From contig JAZDHP010000005.1 of NCBI GenBank assembly GCA_043805855.1, forward strand, positions 1,132-65,131: a stretch of DNA of 64,000 nt, read 5' to 3'. Shown piece by piece: positions 39,267 to 49,011 of this stretch; within the stretch, counting starts at the first letter, position 1, and each line of letters opens with the position of its first letter. The position numbers were made by a program, and so were the translations under genes. This stretch comes from Candidatus Micrarchaeota archaeon (GTDB taxonomy: Archaea > Micrarchaeota > Micrarchaeia > Norongarragalinales > UBA8480). Below the pieces are notes generated by a model, which saw only the letters and a program-made list of their open reading frames with translations, was not told the DNA's origin and did no database searches.

Positions 39267-39989
39267 ATGAAAAAAGCACAGGCAGCAGTGTTTGACGGCA
39301 TCATGTTTCTACTTTTAGTTAGCTTTTCAGTTACGCTTATGTTTTCTTTTCTCTCAGATTATGGCAACGCCCAGGCTAAAACTTTGCAAAGTAGTCACAC
39401 TTTAAACTACGTACAAGGAATTGGTAAAGCGCTTTACACTTTGGATGTTTCAATGTTACAGAGCACGGACTTGGACACGCTGGGCAACTCATGGAACTAC
39501 GAAAATTGCGATACACTTGAAAAGTTTAAATCCAACGCAGTTTCTGATTTAATCAAGCGAGATATAAGCGATGGTTTTTTTAACAATAAGTTTGGCGATA
39601 GCGATGACATAAGCAACGCGCCTGGCAAACTTGCACTGCGCTGTGCTTTGTTTGAGTTAATGAAACCAGTTACAGGTAGTGGTTACGACTATTTAGCAGA
39701 GGTGCTAGATGGAGATAGAAGTCCAAGATTTGCGCCGTTTCCAATAATAAATTCTCCTCAAAATCGCGTTGATTTGGAGCCAGTGTTGGTGACAAATTTA
39801 CCTACGAGCGATTCAATTTACTTCGCTGCTGAAGAAAGCGGGTGCGATAGCGTTTCCCGTACGCTAAAAGGAAAGCAACTAATGGCTGTAGCGACGCCGT
39901 TTCGTGTTTTCGACAAAGACGGAGGGGCGCATGACCACCAGCTACGTATATGCATGTGGCCAAGCGAAAGAATCAACAACAACCCCTAA
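39267..39989 (+). CDS. Pilin-like protein (class III signal peptide)
   Basis: 240 aa. MKKAQA|AVFDGIMFLLLVSFSVTLMF. Confidence 0.55.
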   Translation: MKKAQAAVFDGIMFLLLVSFSVTLMFSFLSDYGNAQAKTLQSSHTLNYVQGIGKALYTLDVSMLQSTDLDTLGNSWNYENCDTLEKFKSNAVSDLIKRDISDGFFNNKFGDSDDISNAPGKLALRCALFELMKPVTGSGYDYLAEVLDGDRSPRFAPFPIINSPQNRVDLEPVLVTNLPTSDSIYFAAEESGCDSVSRTLKGKQLMAVATPFRVFDKDGGAHDHQLRICMWPSERINNNP

Positions 39990-40025
39990 TAGGTTTTTTA
40001 ATCAAAAAACACAAATGTAATCGTT

Positions 40026-41099
40026 ATGGCTAAAGAAGAATTGGAAAAGGCAAGGAAAGCACTAGAAAAAATGCCTAGACACGGCTGGCTGCCTGTACCT
40101 TTGAAAATAGCGCTTTGCAAAAGTCACCTGGATGGCGAAATAACTTCAGCTGAATTAAATTCACTCGGGGAACACTTTGTCACTATTGAAGACCCAAAAG
40201 ACGCGCAAGACATGTTGAAAAGCGCAACTGAACAATTACAAACCACTAACGCCAGAGTTGTGTTTTTAAATTTACATAGAGAAGCTGAAAAACTTGCCCT
40301 TCAAGTTAAAGCAATTAAAAACGCACCAGCTAATGATAGACTTTTCGTTGAAACAGTTGACCGCGATTCAAGACAAAAGTTAGAAATTCTCCCGCTAGAT
40401 TTACTTAATGAACTTAAAGCTGGGTTTGCTGAAAAAAAGCTAGATAAACTCGAGCTTGAAAACGCACGCTACGCGACTAACTTTTTCATTACCTTAGCAA
40501 GGGTAATTCCAAGCCCCTCAACCGCCGCGAAAATCCCCCCCACTTGGAGAAACGCAGTAACCGCAATTGCAAATAAAACAATGGAAATTCCCGAAGTTGA
40601 AGGTAAAGCTAGATACTTACACCGCGCGTTAACTTACATTGCCTATTGCGAAAAAGATTTACCTTTTTGGCACCGGCCTTTGACTCCTCAAGATGCAGTA
40701 CATATTGAAAACTTTGCAAAAGCACAAACCGCGCGGCTTGGAACACGGCACATTTCACCAACTACTTTAAGTGAATTACTTTACGTAAAAGGAATTAAAC
40801 CAAGGGACAAATATGGCCGCACAATTAAACTAAATGGTAGAATGACTTTGAAACATGCAGATATATTTAAACGAGAAATTGAACGTAGGCTTGACCCAAT
40901 TCACTTTAAAGTGCGAGTTGCACAAACTACATTAGAACCAAAGGCAAAAAGAAACATAGAAGTAACCGCACTTAGCTCAGAAGGCGACGATTTCTTAAGT
41001 GAAATAAAAACCCCAATATATCGAAGAAGGGTGGCTTTAACATTTAAAAAAATTACTAGACCTTTGTGGCCAAGGGCAAAAAGAGCAGAATTTAATTAA
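40026..41099 (+). CDS. Paralog family B member 1 (RHGWL module at N-terminus)
   Basis: 357 aa. KMPRHGWLPVPLKIAL...LNSLGEHFVTIEDPKDAQ, and C-terminal LDPIHF. Confidence 0.65.
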   Translation: MAKEELEKARKALEKMPRHGWLPVPLKIALCKSHLDGEITSAELNSLGEHFVTIEDPKDAQDMLKSATEQLQTTNARVVFLNLHREAEKLALQVKAIKNAPANDRLFVETVDRDSRQKLEILPLDLLNELKAGFAEKKLDKLELENARYATNFFITLARVIPSPSTAAKIPPTWRNAVTAIANKTMEIPEVEGKARYLHRALTYIAYCEKDLPFWHRPLTPQDAVHIENFAKAQTARLGTRHISPTTLSELLYVKGIKPRDKYGRTIKLNGRMTLKHADIFKREIERRLDPIHFKVRVAQTTLEPKAKRNIEVTALSSEGDDFLSEIKTPIYRRRVALTFKKITRPLWPRAKRAEFN

Positions 41100-41130
41100 T
41101 AAAAAGCAACAAATAAACTGGTGAAAAACA

Positions 41131-42468
41131 ATGGCAGAAAAAGCAACACCCCTTGAAGAATATTTCGGGTCGATGTCGCGTCATGGTTGGCTTCCTGGCC
41201 CGTTGAAAAAGGCTATTTTCCGCGATTTAGCTGGCAGGCCAGGAACGGCAAAAACGCTACGCGAAATTGGCAACCACTTTGTAACAATAAGCGACGTACA
41301 ACGCGCTCAACCAACAATCACACGAGCAACCCAAATGCTAGCAACACACGGCGCACAAAAAGCGCTACAACACCTGCTAACCGAAACAAAAAAACTAGCG
41401 GCAACTATTCCTTCCCCATTGCCAACTGCAGCTTCAACTGTCAACGCAACAGCAACACGTGCTGCAGCAGCTAAAATTCCACGGCCAAGCGAAAGTCCAA
41501 CTGAACCAACAACAGCTAGAATTCCTAGACCTGGAAATAACCCGCCAGAGTCAAAATCTCTTGTTGGCGGGGTTTCAGTTGTGGAGCTTGAAAAAATAAA
41601 ACCAGTTAGACGTGAAATTCCAATTACAACAGTAGCATATCAAGTTGTACCGTTTGGACAAGAACCTTGGTTCTTGCATGAAACTGAAGCACCAAAGCCA
41701 AAGCTATTACACCAAGCACAACCTTATGCACATGCACTATACCTGCGAGACACGCGCCCAGAAGCACAAGCAACTTTAGAACAATATTTACCAGCACCGC
41801 TATTAGATGAAATTAAAACAGCATATGCCCGCGGTTTGCTTGATAGAAAACTACACGAACCAGGCGATGAATACCACGAAAACGTTTTTCACGAAATAGC
41901 TGACTACTTAGATTATGGCAGTCATAACTCAAACACTTCAAACCATAAACCGCAATGGACTGCCTTATTGCACGCCGTTCTACAGCGAGTTGATAGACAA
42001 AGAAGCACGCGGCACAAAGTAGATTATCTACTTAGCGCATTGAACCGCACGGCTGCAACTGCCAACTTAGAAAACCCATTTGAACTTGGCCTTATAGAAG
42101 CTTTAACAAAAGCGCATGAAAAAGAACTAGGCGTTAGAGGCAAACACATTTCGTCATACGATTTACGCTACTTACTCTACGACGAAGGGTATGCCGTAGC
42201 ACCCCGCAGTGAAGCAGCTAGCATTTCAATCAAACATCCACTAAACACAAAAACTAACCGAATAACAGCGGCGCAATTACAAACTCATCTAGACCCAGTA
42301 CATTTTAGCATACAACGAAATGGGAGAAATGAAGTTTCAATACACGCCAACACAATGGAAGGCGTCGCGTTTATAGATCGAATGGAACTACTGAGAGGAA
42401 AAAGCTTAAGTTTAAGACGCCGCGTAGCTCGCTTGGGCAAAATGGCAAGTCTAAAATTCGGCAAGTAA
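41131..42468 (+). CDS. Paralog family B member 2
   Basis: 445 aa. MSRHGWLPGPLKKAIFRDL...TLREIGNHFVTISDVQRAQP...THGAQKALQHLL, then a Pro-rich linker. The first ~250 nt are near-identical to 49767..50951. Confidence 0.7.
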   Translation: MAEKATPLEEYFGSMSRHGWLPGPLKKAIFRDLAGRPGTAKTLREIGNHFVTISDVQRAQPTITRATQMLATHGAQKALQHLLTETKKLAATIPSPLPTAASTVNATATRAAAAKIPRPSESPTEPTTARIPRPGNNPPESKSLVGGVSVVELEKIKPVRREIPITTVAYQVVPFGQEPWFLHETEAPKPKLLHQAQPYAHALYLRDTRPEAQATLEQYLPAPLLDEIKTAYARGLLDRKLHEPGDEYHENVFHEIADYLDYGSHNSNTSNHKPQWTALLHAVLQRVDRQRSTRHKVDYLLSALNRTAATANLENPFELGLIEALTKAHEKELGVRGKHISSYDLRYLLYDEGYAVAPRSEAASISIKHPLNTKTNRITAAQLQTHLDPVHFSIQRNGRNEVSIHANTMEGVAFIDRMELLRGKSLSLRRRVARLGKMASLKFGK

Positions 42469-42481
42469 AAAACTTAGCTAG

Positions 42482-44509
42482 CTACCCGGCTTTTTTCTTT
42501 ACGTTTACATCTTCGCTGCACTTGGGGCAAGTGTAGACAAAGCTATTTTCAAGTGGTTTAATTGACGGAGAGCAGTTCGCGCACATTCCCGTACCACAAT
42601 ACGGGCAGAAAATTATCCTGCCAGTTTTAGAATGACAAGTTGGACAGCCGGTTGTCTTATCCGCTTGCATTTGTACAAAAGAAACGTCAGACCTTTGCGA
42701 TTCAGGCGCTGCCCGTACAGGAGATTCAGTTGCCTGGGATAACCTTGCAAAAATATCGTTGCCGCCGCTTGAACTTTCAGAGGAAGAAACTGAAGCAGAT
42801 GACATAGCAGCTGAAGTATTTGCAAACAAATCATTACCACCAGTACTGGACGCTGATTCTTGCTTTGGCGCTGGAGAAGAAGCGAATAAATCATTTCCAA
42901 GAATATCTGACACTGACAACCCAACTTCTGGTTTTGTTTGCTGTGCAGCAGCGGCGCTTGCTACCGACGCAGCTGTCCTTACATGCGCGACAGATGCGAC
43001 TGCAGTTGCAACTGGAACTTTCGGCGCGTTCACATTTACAACGTCGCTTGGCTTAACTGCCGGCGTTTTTATTTGCGAGTAAACATCTTGCACCATCAAC
43101 CCGAATTCTTCAGTTTGTGCAACATCTTTATTTGCAATTACATTCACTTCATCACTTAGCAAATAGCGACGGTGAACCGGCCCACTAGTAGTTTGCGCTT
43201 TTATTTGATCTTCTTTTGTAACTGAACTGACTAACTCTTGAATTTCACTTTCTTCTTTTTTCTTAGTTTCAAGCGCCTTACGCTGCGCTTCAAGTTTCTT
43301 GCGCTCAGCTTCCTTTATACCGCGCCACGTCGCAAAACTCGGCGGCTCGTTTGGGTTAACTTTAGCGGGAACCGCTACTACTTTCTTAGTAGGAACAACC
43401 ACGCCCACTTTAGCCGGAACAACCGCCACTTTAACAGGAGTCTGTTTTTTGTTTCCGCCGAATAAAAATCCAAAAAATCCACCGCCACTACTACCTTGCT
43501 TTTTAGGAACTGCTGCAACCGGCACCGGTTTAACTTCAAGTGATTTTTTATCAATAGACGGTTTTAACTGCGAAGCTATTGCAGCTTTACCAACAGCGGG
43601 TTTTGTAACTACTTCACTAGAAACTACAGGATTAACTTCTAGAACCGAAGGTGGGAAAAGCGTTGACGGAGAAGCAATCGCAACTGGCGGCTGTGAAGTA
43701 ATTTGAAATTTTACCTCAACTGGCTTTTCAATTGTTTGTCTTTTCAAGTGTTCAAGCTGCGCTTCGTCTTTTACTTCTCTTGGCTTTTCAATTACAATAG
43801 GCGCAATTTCGACAGGCGCAACGTTGGGCTTTTCAACTTTTGCACTTTTCGCTTCAACTTTTTTAGTTTCAGGCTTTTTAGCATCTACTTTTCTAGTTTC
43901 TATTTTTTTCACTTCAACTTTTTTCGTTTCTGCTTTTTTTATTTCAACAACCCGTTGTTGAACTTTTTCAACATAAGTTTGCGTTTCGCCAATCGAAGTC
44001 ATTAGCCTTTCTTTTCTCGCTTCATTTTTCTTAACTTCTTTATCTTCAACTTTTTTAATTTCTGCAAGTGCAACTTTACTTGCTTTTAACGTGACTTTTT
44101 GCGCTTTTCCAGAGGCACTAGAGGCAGCTACATGTACAGCCGTTGGAATTGGAGCAATTGGAATTCCAACTGTTACAAATTTACGCGAAGTTGCGCCAAA
44201 TAGGAAAAACACACGCATTACTAAGAAATAGAATAGCATAACAATGAACAATAGCGGCATTGCAAATGAATCTAGTTTAAACGCGCGTTGTCCAGATATG
44301 CCAAAGTCAAGCAGAAACGCAGTAAACGCAATTGCAAGCGAAACCACTATAACCGTGACTAATTTTTTCTTACTGTCAAAAGTTCTTATCTCAGGATATA
44401 CAAAACGCAGGACAAGATAACCTATTGAAAAAGCGCCTGCTAGATAAAATAAAATAAACACAGCGGCAATTGCTTCTTCTAACATAGATAAAAAAACACA
44501 GAGGCGCAA
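42482..44509 (-). CDS. Membrane protein with K/E/V/P-rich repetitive linker, three GGND(L/I)FA repeats and a C-terminal double zinc ribbon
   Basis: 675 aa. Four N-terminal TM helices. C-terminus CPTCHSKTGRIIFCPYCGTGMCANC...YTCPKCSEDV. Confidence 0.6.
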   Translation of the reverse strand: MRLCVFLSMLEEAIAAVFILFYLAGAFSIGYLVLRFVYPEIRTFDSKKKLVTVIVVSLAIAFTAFLLDFGISGQRAFKLDSFAMPLLFIVMLFYFLVMRVFFLFGATSRKFVTVGIPIAPIPTAVHVAASSASGKAQKVTLKASKVALAEIKKVEDKEVKKNEARKERLMTSIGETQTYVEKVQQRVVEIKKAETKKVEVKKIETRKVDAKKPETKKVEAKSAKVEKPNVAPVEIAPIVIEKPREVKDEAQLEHLKRQTIEKPVEVKFQITSQPPVAIASPSTLFPPSVLEVNPVVSSEVVTKPAVGKAAIASQLKPSIDKKSLEVKPVPVAAVPKKQGSSGGGFFGFLFGGNKKQTPVKVAVVPAKVGVVVPTKKVVAVPAKVNPNEPPSFATWRGIKEAERKKLEAQRKALETKKKEESEIQELVSSVTKEDQIKAQTTSGPVHRRYLLSDEVNVIANKDVAQTEEFGLMVQDVYSQIKTPAVKPSDVVNVNAPKVPVATAVASVAHVRTAASVASAAAAQQTKPEVGLSVSDILGNDLFASSPAPKQESASSTGGNDLFANTSAAMSSASVSSSESSSGGNDIFARLSQATESPVRAAPESQRSDVSFVQMQADKTTGCPTCHSKTGRIIFCPYCGTGMCANCSPSIKPLENSFVYTCPKCSEDVNVKKKAG

Positions 44510-44587
44510 TAAAAACTTGCACTTTTACATGGCAAAGGAGTTTAAAGCCGAAAATCGTAACAAGAATAGCAAAAAAAGTGGTTTTGT

Positions 44588-44839
44588 ATGATTGACTTCA
44601 GTGCATTGCTTTCCCAAAGTTGGTTCATTTTACTATTATCTCTACTATTAACGCTCATTACCTTGCCATTTGTGCTAGTATTTTCATTTGTTTATGACTA
44701 TCTAATAAAGCACCATTCTAAAACGCCGAAAATCCTAGTTATGTTAATTTGTACGTTTCTAGCAGTTCTAATCGCGGTTATAATAATTGAAATTTATCTA
44801 GGGTACACCCTACCCCAGCTATTTACCGCTACGAGCTAA
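44588..44839 (+). CDS. Small two-TM membrane protein
   Basis: 83 aa, entirely hydrophobic. May be a leader/ORF-like small protein. Low confidence. Confidence 0.3.
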   Translation: MIDFSALLSQSWFILLLSLLLTLITLPFVLVFSFVYDYLIKHHSKTPKILVMLICTFLAVLIAVIIIEIYLGYTLPQLFTATS

Positions 44840-44893
44840 CTGCCCAAGAGGTATTTAAAGTAAAAACTCCTTTGTATTTACTGAAACACTCCC

Positions 44894-47800
44894 ATGAATT
44901 TAAAAGGCAATTTAAGCGCATTTTTCATAATTATATTTACTCTTGAAATCTTCTCTCCATTAGCGTTCGCTTATACTCCGCTTCCACTTGGTTCGCCAGC
45001 AACAACAATACCAACTACAATTGGCTCGCGTTACAACGTTCCTGGCCAGTGTGAAGTTAATGAAATGACTCCCGAACAAGTGCAACTATTCTGGATACAA
45101 ACGCAGAACTTCCGCGGCGACCAAATTAACTCAAAAACAGACGAGGCGTTAATGACTACAAAACCATCTGGAACTACGATTAATTTAAACGTCAATAATT
45201 TTCCAGCTGACTCTGGCGAAAAAGTCCATCCATTTGTAGATATTGCACGGTTATTAGGCCTAGATGAAAAAAAGAGAAAAGAAGCAGCGCAGTTTCTTGG
45301 AAAAAGAGAAACAGATCGGATAAGCAACAAAGAAGCGCATCAACTTGCAAAGAAATATGAAAAAAACGAAGGTGAGTTCGGCACTTTGTTAGATGCTTTC
45401 CGCGGAACTGCAAGTGAAGAGAGTCCTGCTTATGAAAGCTATAAGTTGAAAACTAATGGCGGCGGCGAAATTCCTTCAACTGCATTGCAAGGCAAGACGC
45501 CAATTGACGAGTGTATAATTAACAACGCGCACGTGCAAGGCAAAGCTTCTTACGTTGTGTCAACTTCCAAAGACGTTGCAATTGCAGCTGACAGTTCCCA
45601 AACTCAAAGCGAAAAAGTAAACTTTTTACATTCAACTAACACGCTTGGCAGTTTAGACTTGCAAGGCGCAAGCACGTTGATAATACCAAAGCACTATAAG
45701 GAACTTGTAACTAGATTAAAAAAATGGCTAGCAGCTGACTTATTAGCTTCAATTGGGCAAACTACTGTTTTCTTTGGTGAAAAAAATGCACTTAGCAAAA
45801 GCCAAGAGAAGCTAAAGGAAATTGTAGAACGCAAAAGAGACTTTGGTTTAGACCAAATCGCTTTTAGCCGCATTCAAGACAGCCCACTGAAACTGGAAGT
45901 TTATGGACTCGGGAGTAGGCTAAGCGTTACAAAAAGCGAGCTACAACAGTCTGTTGAAAAAATGCAACTTAATTTCATACGAATGCATGCGGGAAACGTA
46001 GAAATCACAGACGACGTCATTGCGCGGTTAAACACAGACCCGCAGTTTGCAACGCGTTATAATTCATTGCAAAAAATTCAAAATGAACTTGAAAGTGCTA
46101 CGTCACTTAAACCAACTGACCCTGCAGATGATATTTATCAAAAGTATAAAAATGACCTTCACGGAGTAGCAGGAATAAATGACGCCGATCAAATTGAAAT
46201 TCAAAATGCGCAAGAACGATTAAGGACAAATCAAGATTATGTTAAAACACTTAATGATTTAAATGGAAAAACTTACAAAGCTGATCTAGAAAAGGTTAAA
46301 AGAAAACTGGCAGGTAGAACTGGGGAGTCTTGGTTTCGTTTAGCAATGGGAATGGCGTGGCTTGGACCTGGCCGCTTTGTGTTTGAATTAGCTGATGGCG
46401 TTGACTTTGTTCCAATTTCAAACAAGGCATTTGCAGAAAACTACGTTACAATAATGGCAGATAATACCGACTTAGCGGGAGAATTCAGGCGAGCAACAAA
46501 CTGGGTGTTATCTGGAACAGTTACTGACATGCTTTCAGATGCAACTGGCGAAGGCATTCCAACTGCAGCGTACCGCGTTGGGAATTTAATTATAGTTAAC
46601 AACCCAGTTGAAGATCAGACGGTAACCGGCACTTCAGTTACTAGCTTACAAAACAACGGCGGCAAATGGAACATAGGCACAGAATGGAAAGGAAAGTCAG
46701 ATGCATTAGTTGCAGAACAGCTAACAACTGAAAATGAATACGCTCGCTTGCCAATGGAAGTAAAAGGACAAGCTTGGAATTTGAAAATAAGGGCAAGGCA
46801 AGAATTTTCTACTTTTTATGACACAATGATATACCTAGCGCCGCTACTAAGTTGGCGAATACTAGGCGCAACAGATTATGCTGTAACAATTTTTAGAGTA
46901 GCAGTTTATGACTTTTACGTTACAGATTTTGTTAACCCTGCCGCGTTTAAGAAAGACGAAGTTTGCTCAGATGAAGAAATTGACAAATATGTAAATTGGT
47001 ATATGGGAGCAACTTTGGTAAACCAAGGCTTAGGTTGGGCGCCAATCTTAACCCCCTGGTTTAAAGGACTCAGTACAGTTACAAAAGTAAGCGCTGCTCT
47101 AAACAGCAAGACGAAGATTTTTACAGGGCCATTTATTGATAAATACGTAAAGTCAATAGGAAAGGTGCTTGACCCAGTTACCTTAGCACAGATGTACATT
47201 GCAGGTGAAGCATTGGACTACGCTTCAAATTGCAAGGACGACCAGTATACTATTTTAGCATACCAGCAGTTAAAGAAAAAGAGCGCAGCTACAATTTCAG
47301 ACAGATTACAGTCAATTGGAGGTAGTGATTTCTTAAGCAAGTTAAACGTCGGACAAGCAGTAAAGGGAGTTGGCCAGCAAGTTGACACAGCTACAATGTC
47401 TGAATACGTTAACTTCCGAGCTGTTTTGGAAAACCAAGTTTCTTCAATAACTGCAGATGAAATTTACTTCCTGCACTTTAAAGGCGATTCAATAGAATGG
47501 ATTAACAACATAAAAACAAACACGGCACAACCAGAAATGTGCCAACGCGAGTGCCTTGACAGTAAAACTAAAGTTTGCTGTAGAGATGCAACTGGAACCG
47601 AATGCACAGATAAAGCAACCGGCGTAAAAACACAAATAGCCGGCAAAGAAAGAAGTTTAATGGCAAAAAGATTTACCAACTTAGCGTTGGTTTTAACTCC
47701 AAACAAGTACATTTCAACTTCGCTTGGCGGCTGCCCCGGAAATATTTTACAAATTGACAGTAGTAAAAACATTCAATTAACAAGCGGTACAACTTGCACC

Positions 47801-48958
47801 GGCGGAACGTGCATCTTGAATCAATTACAGTATTTAACCGGCAGGCAAGTGAACAGTGACTTGACAAGCGTGCTTGGAAAAGTTACTGGAATTTACACTA
47901 CTAGCGGTTCAGTTCAAATTTCAGATGGAGCAATTAGGTTCAACCCGAGCGAAGCAATTAATGACCAAATGGAAATAAGAAGCCCAGGCGCAGGCGTAAT
48001 ACAAACCGCAAGTTCAAGCGAAGAGTTGGCTTACAAACAAGCAGCGATGCTTGCAATTGACAACAACGGCGGCGTTACACTCAGCGGTTACATTACTTCT
48101 AAATCACCTGAACAAGTGCCAGCCGGCGAACTTATAACAATAATGACCGAACGCGGTCGCATAAACTATATGGGCGGCGGGAGAGTACAAATATTCTTAC
48201 ACACACTAGCACAGGGAGACGCTGGTTTGATAAATGGATTTACAACAATGCCAGTTCAATACAACCAATGCCCCGGCTACAACGCACCTGGAATAAAAAT
48301 ATCTAATTTACAGGGATACGCTGGCCCCGGCGACCAAGTTGCCGCACAGTTAAACGCAGCTTTACAACAAATTCAAGGCTGTAACGGAATGCAAGTGCTT
48401 GAAACAAAAGATAAGAAAATAATGTTCGGAACAAACGCAAACGGAGAACCAGTTTTGAGAATTATTGACAAAAACACAGGAGAAGTTACCGAAGCGCGTA
48501 TAAATGGTCCAATTCGCCGAGAGGGTAACGAAATTATAGTTCCAACTGACAAGGGAGAATTTAGGTTCAATATAGGAATGGGCGAAAACGGCCAGCCAAT
48601 GCTTTCACTAACAGGACCAAACGGGTTACAAGAAAATGGCCCATTGTTAAGAGCAAATGGACTTGGCGGCATGTTAGTTTTTGACCCGGCAACAGGACAA
48701 TGGCATGTGTTAAACGGCCAAGATTTGGCAATGAACGACAACTTTGCAAAGTACGGCACATCATACGGCCGCGATACAAAAGGAAACTTCGTCGGCTCAC
48801 CTGGAGCAGACTTCCTGTCACCTTCATCTAAAAGAGTTTCAACAAGCGGCAACTCACTCGCTTCGCTACCTTCATGGCCAGAGGAATCGCCAATTTTGCT
48901 AGTAGTTATTGTACTTACGTTGTTAGCCGTTGCGTTTGTACGCTGGAGAAAAGTTTAA
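44894..48958 (+). CDS. Large secreted protein (1354 aa) with N-terminal signal peptide and C-terminal motif-TM-basic tail (sortase-type sorting-signal architecture)
   Basis: N-terminus MNLKGNLSAFFIIIFTLEIFSPLAFAYTP. C-terminus ...SLASLPSWPEESPILLVVIVLTLLAVAFVRWRKV-stop. Confidence 0.75.
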   Translation: MNLKGNLSAFFIIIFTLEIFSPLAFAYTPLPLGSPATTIPTTIGSRYNVPGQCEVNEMTPEQVQLFWIQTQNFRGDQINSKTDEALMTTKPSGTTINLNVNNFPADSGEKVHPFVDIARLLGLDEKKRKEAAQFLGKRETDRISNKEAHQLAKKYEKNEGEFGTLLDAFRGTASEESPAYESYKLKTNGGGEIPSTALQGKTPIDECIINNAHVQGKASYVVSTSKDVAIAADSSQTQSEKVNFLHSTNTLGSLDLQGASTLIIPKHYKELVTRLKKWLAADLLASIGQTTVFFGEKNALSKSQEKLKEIVERKRDFGLDQIAFSRIQDSPLKLEVYGLGSRLSVTKSELQQSVEKMQLNFIRMHAGNVEITDDVIARLNTDPQFATRYNSLQKIQNELESATSLKPTDPADDIYQKYKNDLHGVAGINDADQIEIQNAQERLRTNQDYVKTLNDLNGKTYKADLEKVKRKLAGRTGESWFRLAMGMAWLGPGRFVFELADGVDFVPISNKAFAENYVTIMADNTDLAGEFRRATNWVLSGTVTDMLSDATGEGIPTAAYRVGNLIIVNNPVEDQTVTGTSVTSLQNNGGKWNIGTEWKGKSDALVAEQLTTENEYARLPMEVKGQAWNLKIRARQEFSTFYDTMIYLAPLLSWRILGATDYAVTIFRVAVYDFYVTDFVNPAAFKKDEVCSDEEIDKYVNWYMGATLVNQGLGWAPILTPWFKGLSTVTKVSAALNSKTKIFTGPFIDKYVKSIGKVLDPVTLAQMYIAGEALDYASNCKDDQYTILAYQQLKKKSAATISDRLQSIGGSDFLSKLNVGQAVKGVGQQVDTATMSEYVNFRAVLENQVSSITADEIYFLHFKGDSIEWINNIKTNTAQPEMCQRECLDSKTKVCCRDATGTECTDKATGVKTQIAGKERSLMAKRFTNLALVLTPNKYISTSLGGCPGNILQIDSSKNIQLTSGTTCTGGTCILNQLQYLTGRQVNSDLTSVLGKVTGIYTTSGSVQISDGAIRFNPSEAINDQMEIRSPGAGVIQTASSSEELAYKQAAMLAIDNNGGVTLSGYITSKSPEQVPAGELITIMTERGRINYMGGGRVQIFLHTLAQGDAGLINGFTTMPVQYNQCPGYNAPGIKISNLQGYAGPGDQVAAQLNAALQQIQGCNGMQVLETKDKKIMFGTNANGEPVLRIIDKNTGEVTEARINGPIRREGNEIIVPTDKGEFRFNIGMGENGQPMLSLTGPNGLQENGPLLRANGLGGMLVFDPATGQWHVLNGQDLAMNDNFAKYGTSYGRDTKGNFVGSPGADFLSPSSKRVSTSGNSLASLPSWPEESPILLVVIVLTLLAVAFVRWRKV

Positions 48959-49011
48959 AACCTCCTTGCAAGTAATATTTACGAAATTAGCAATCACCCA
49001 CCGTGAATTAA

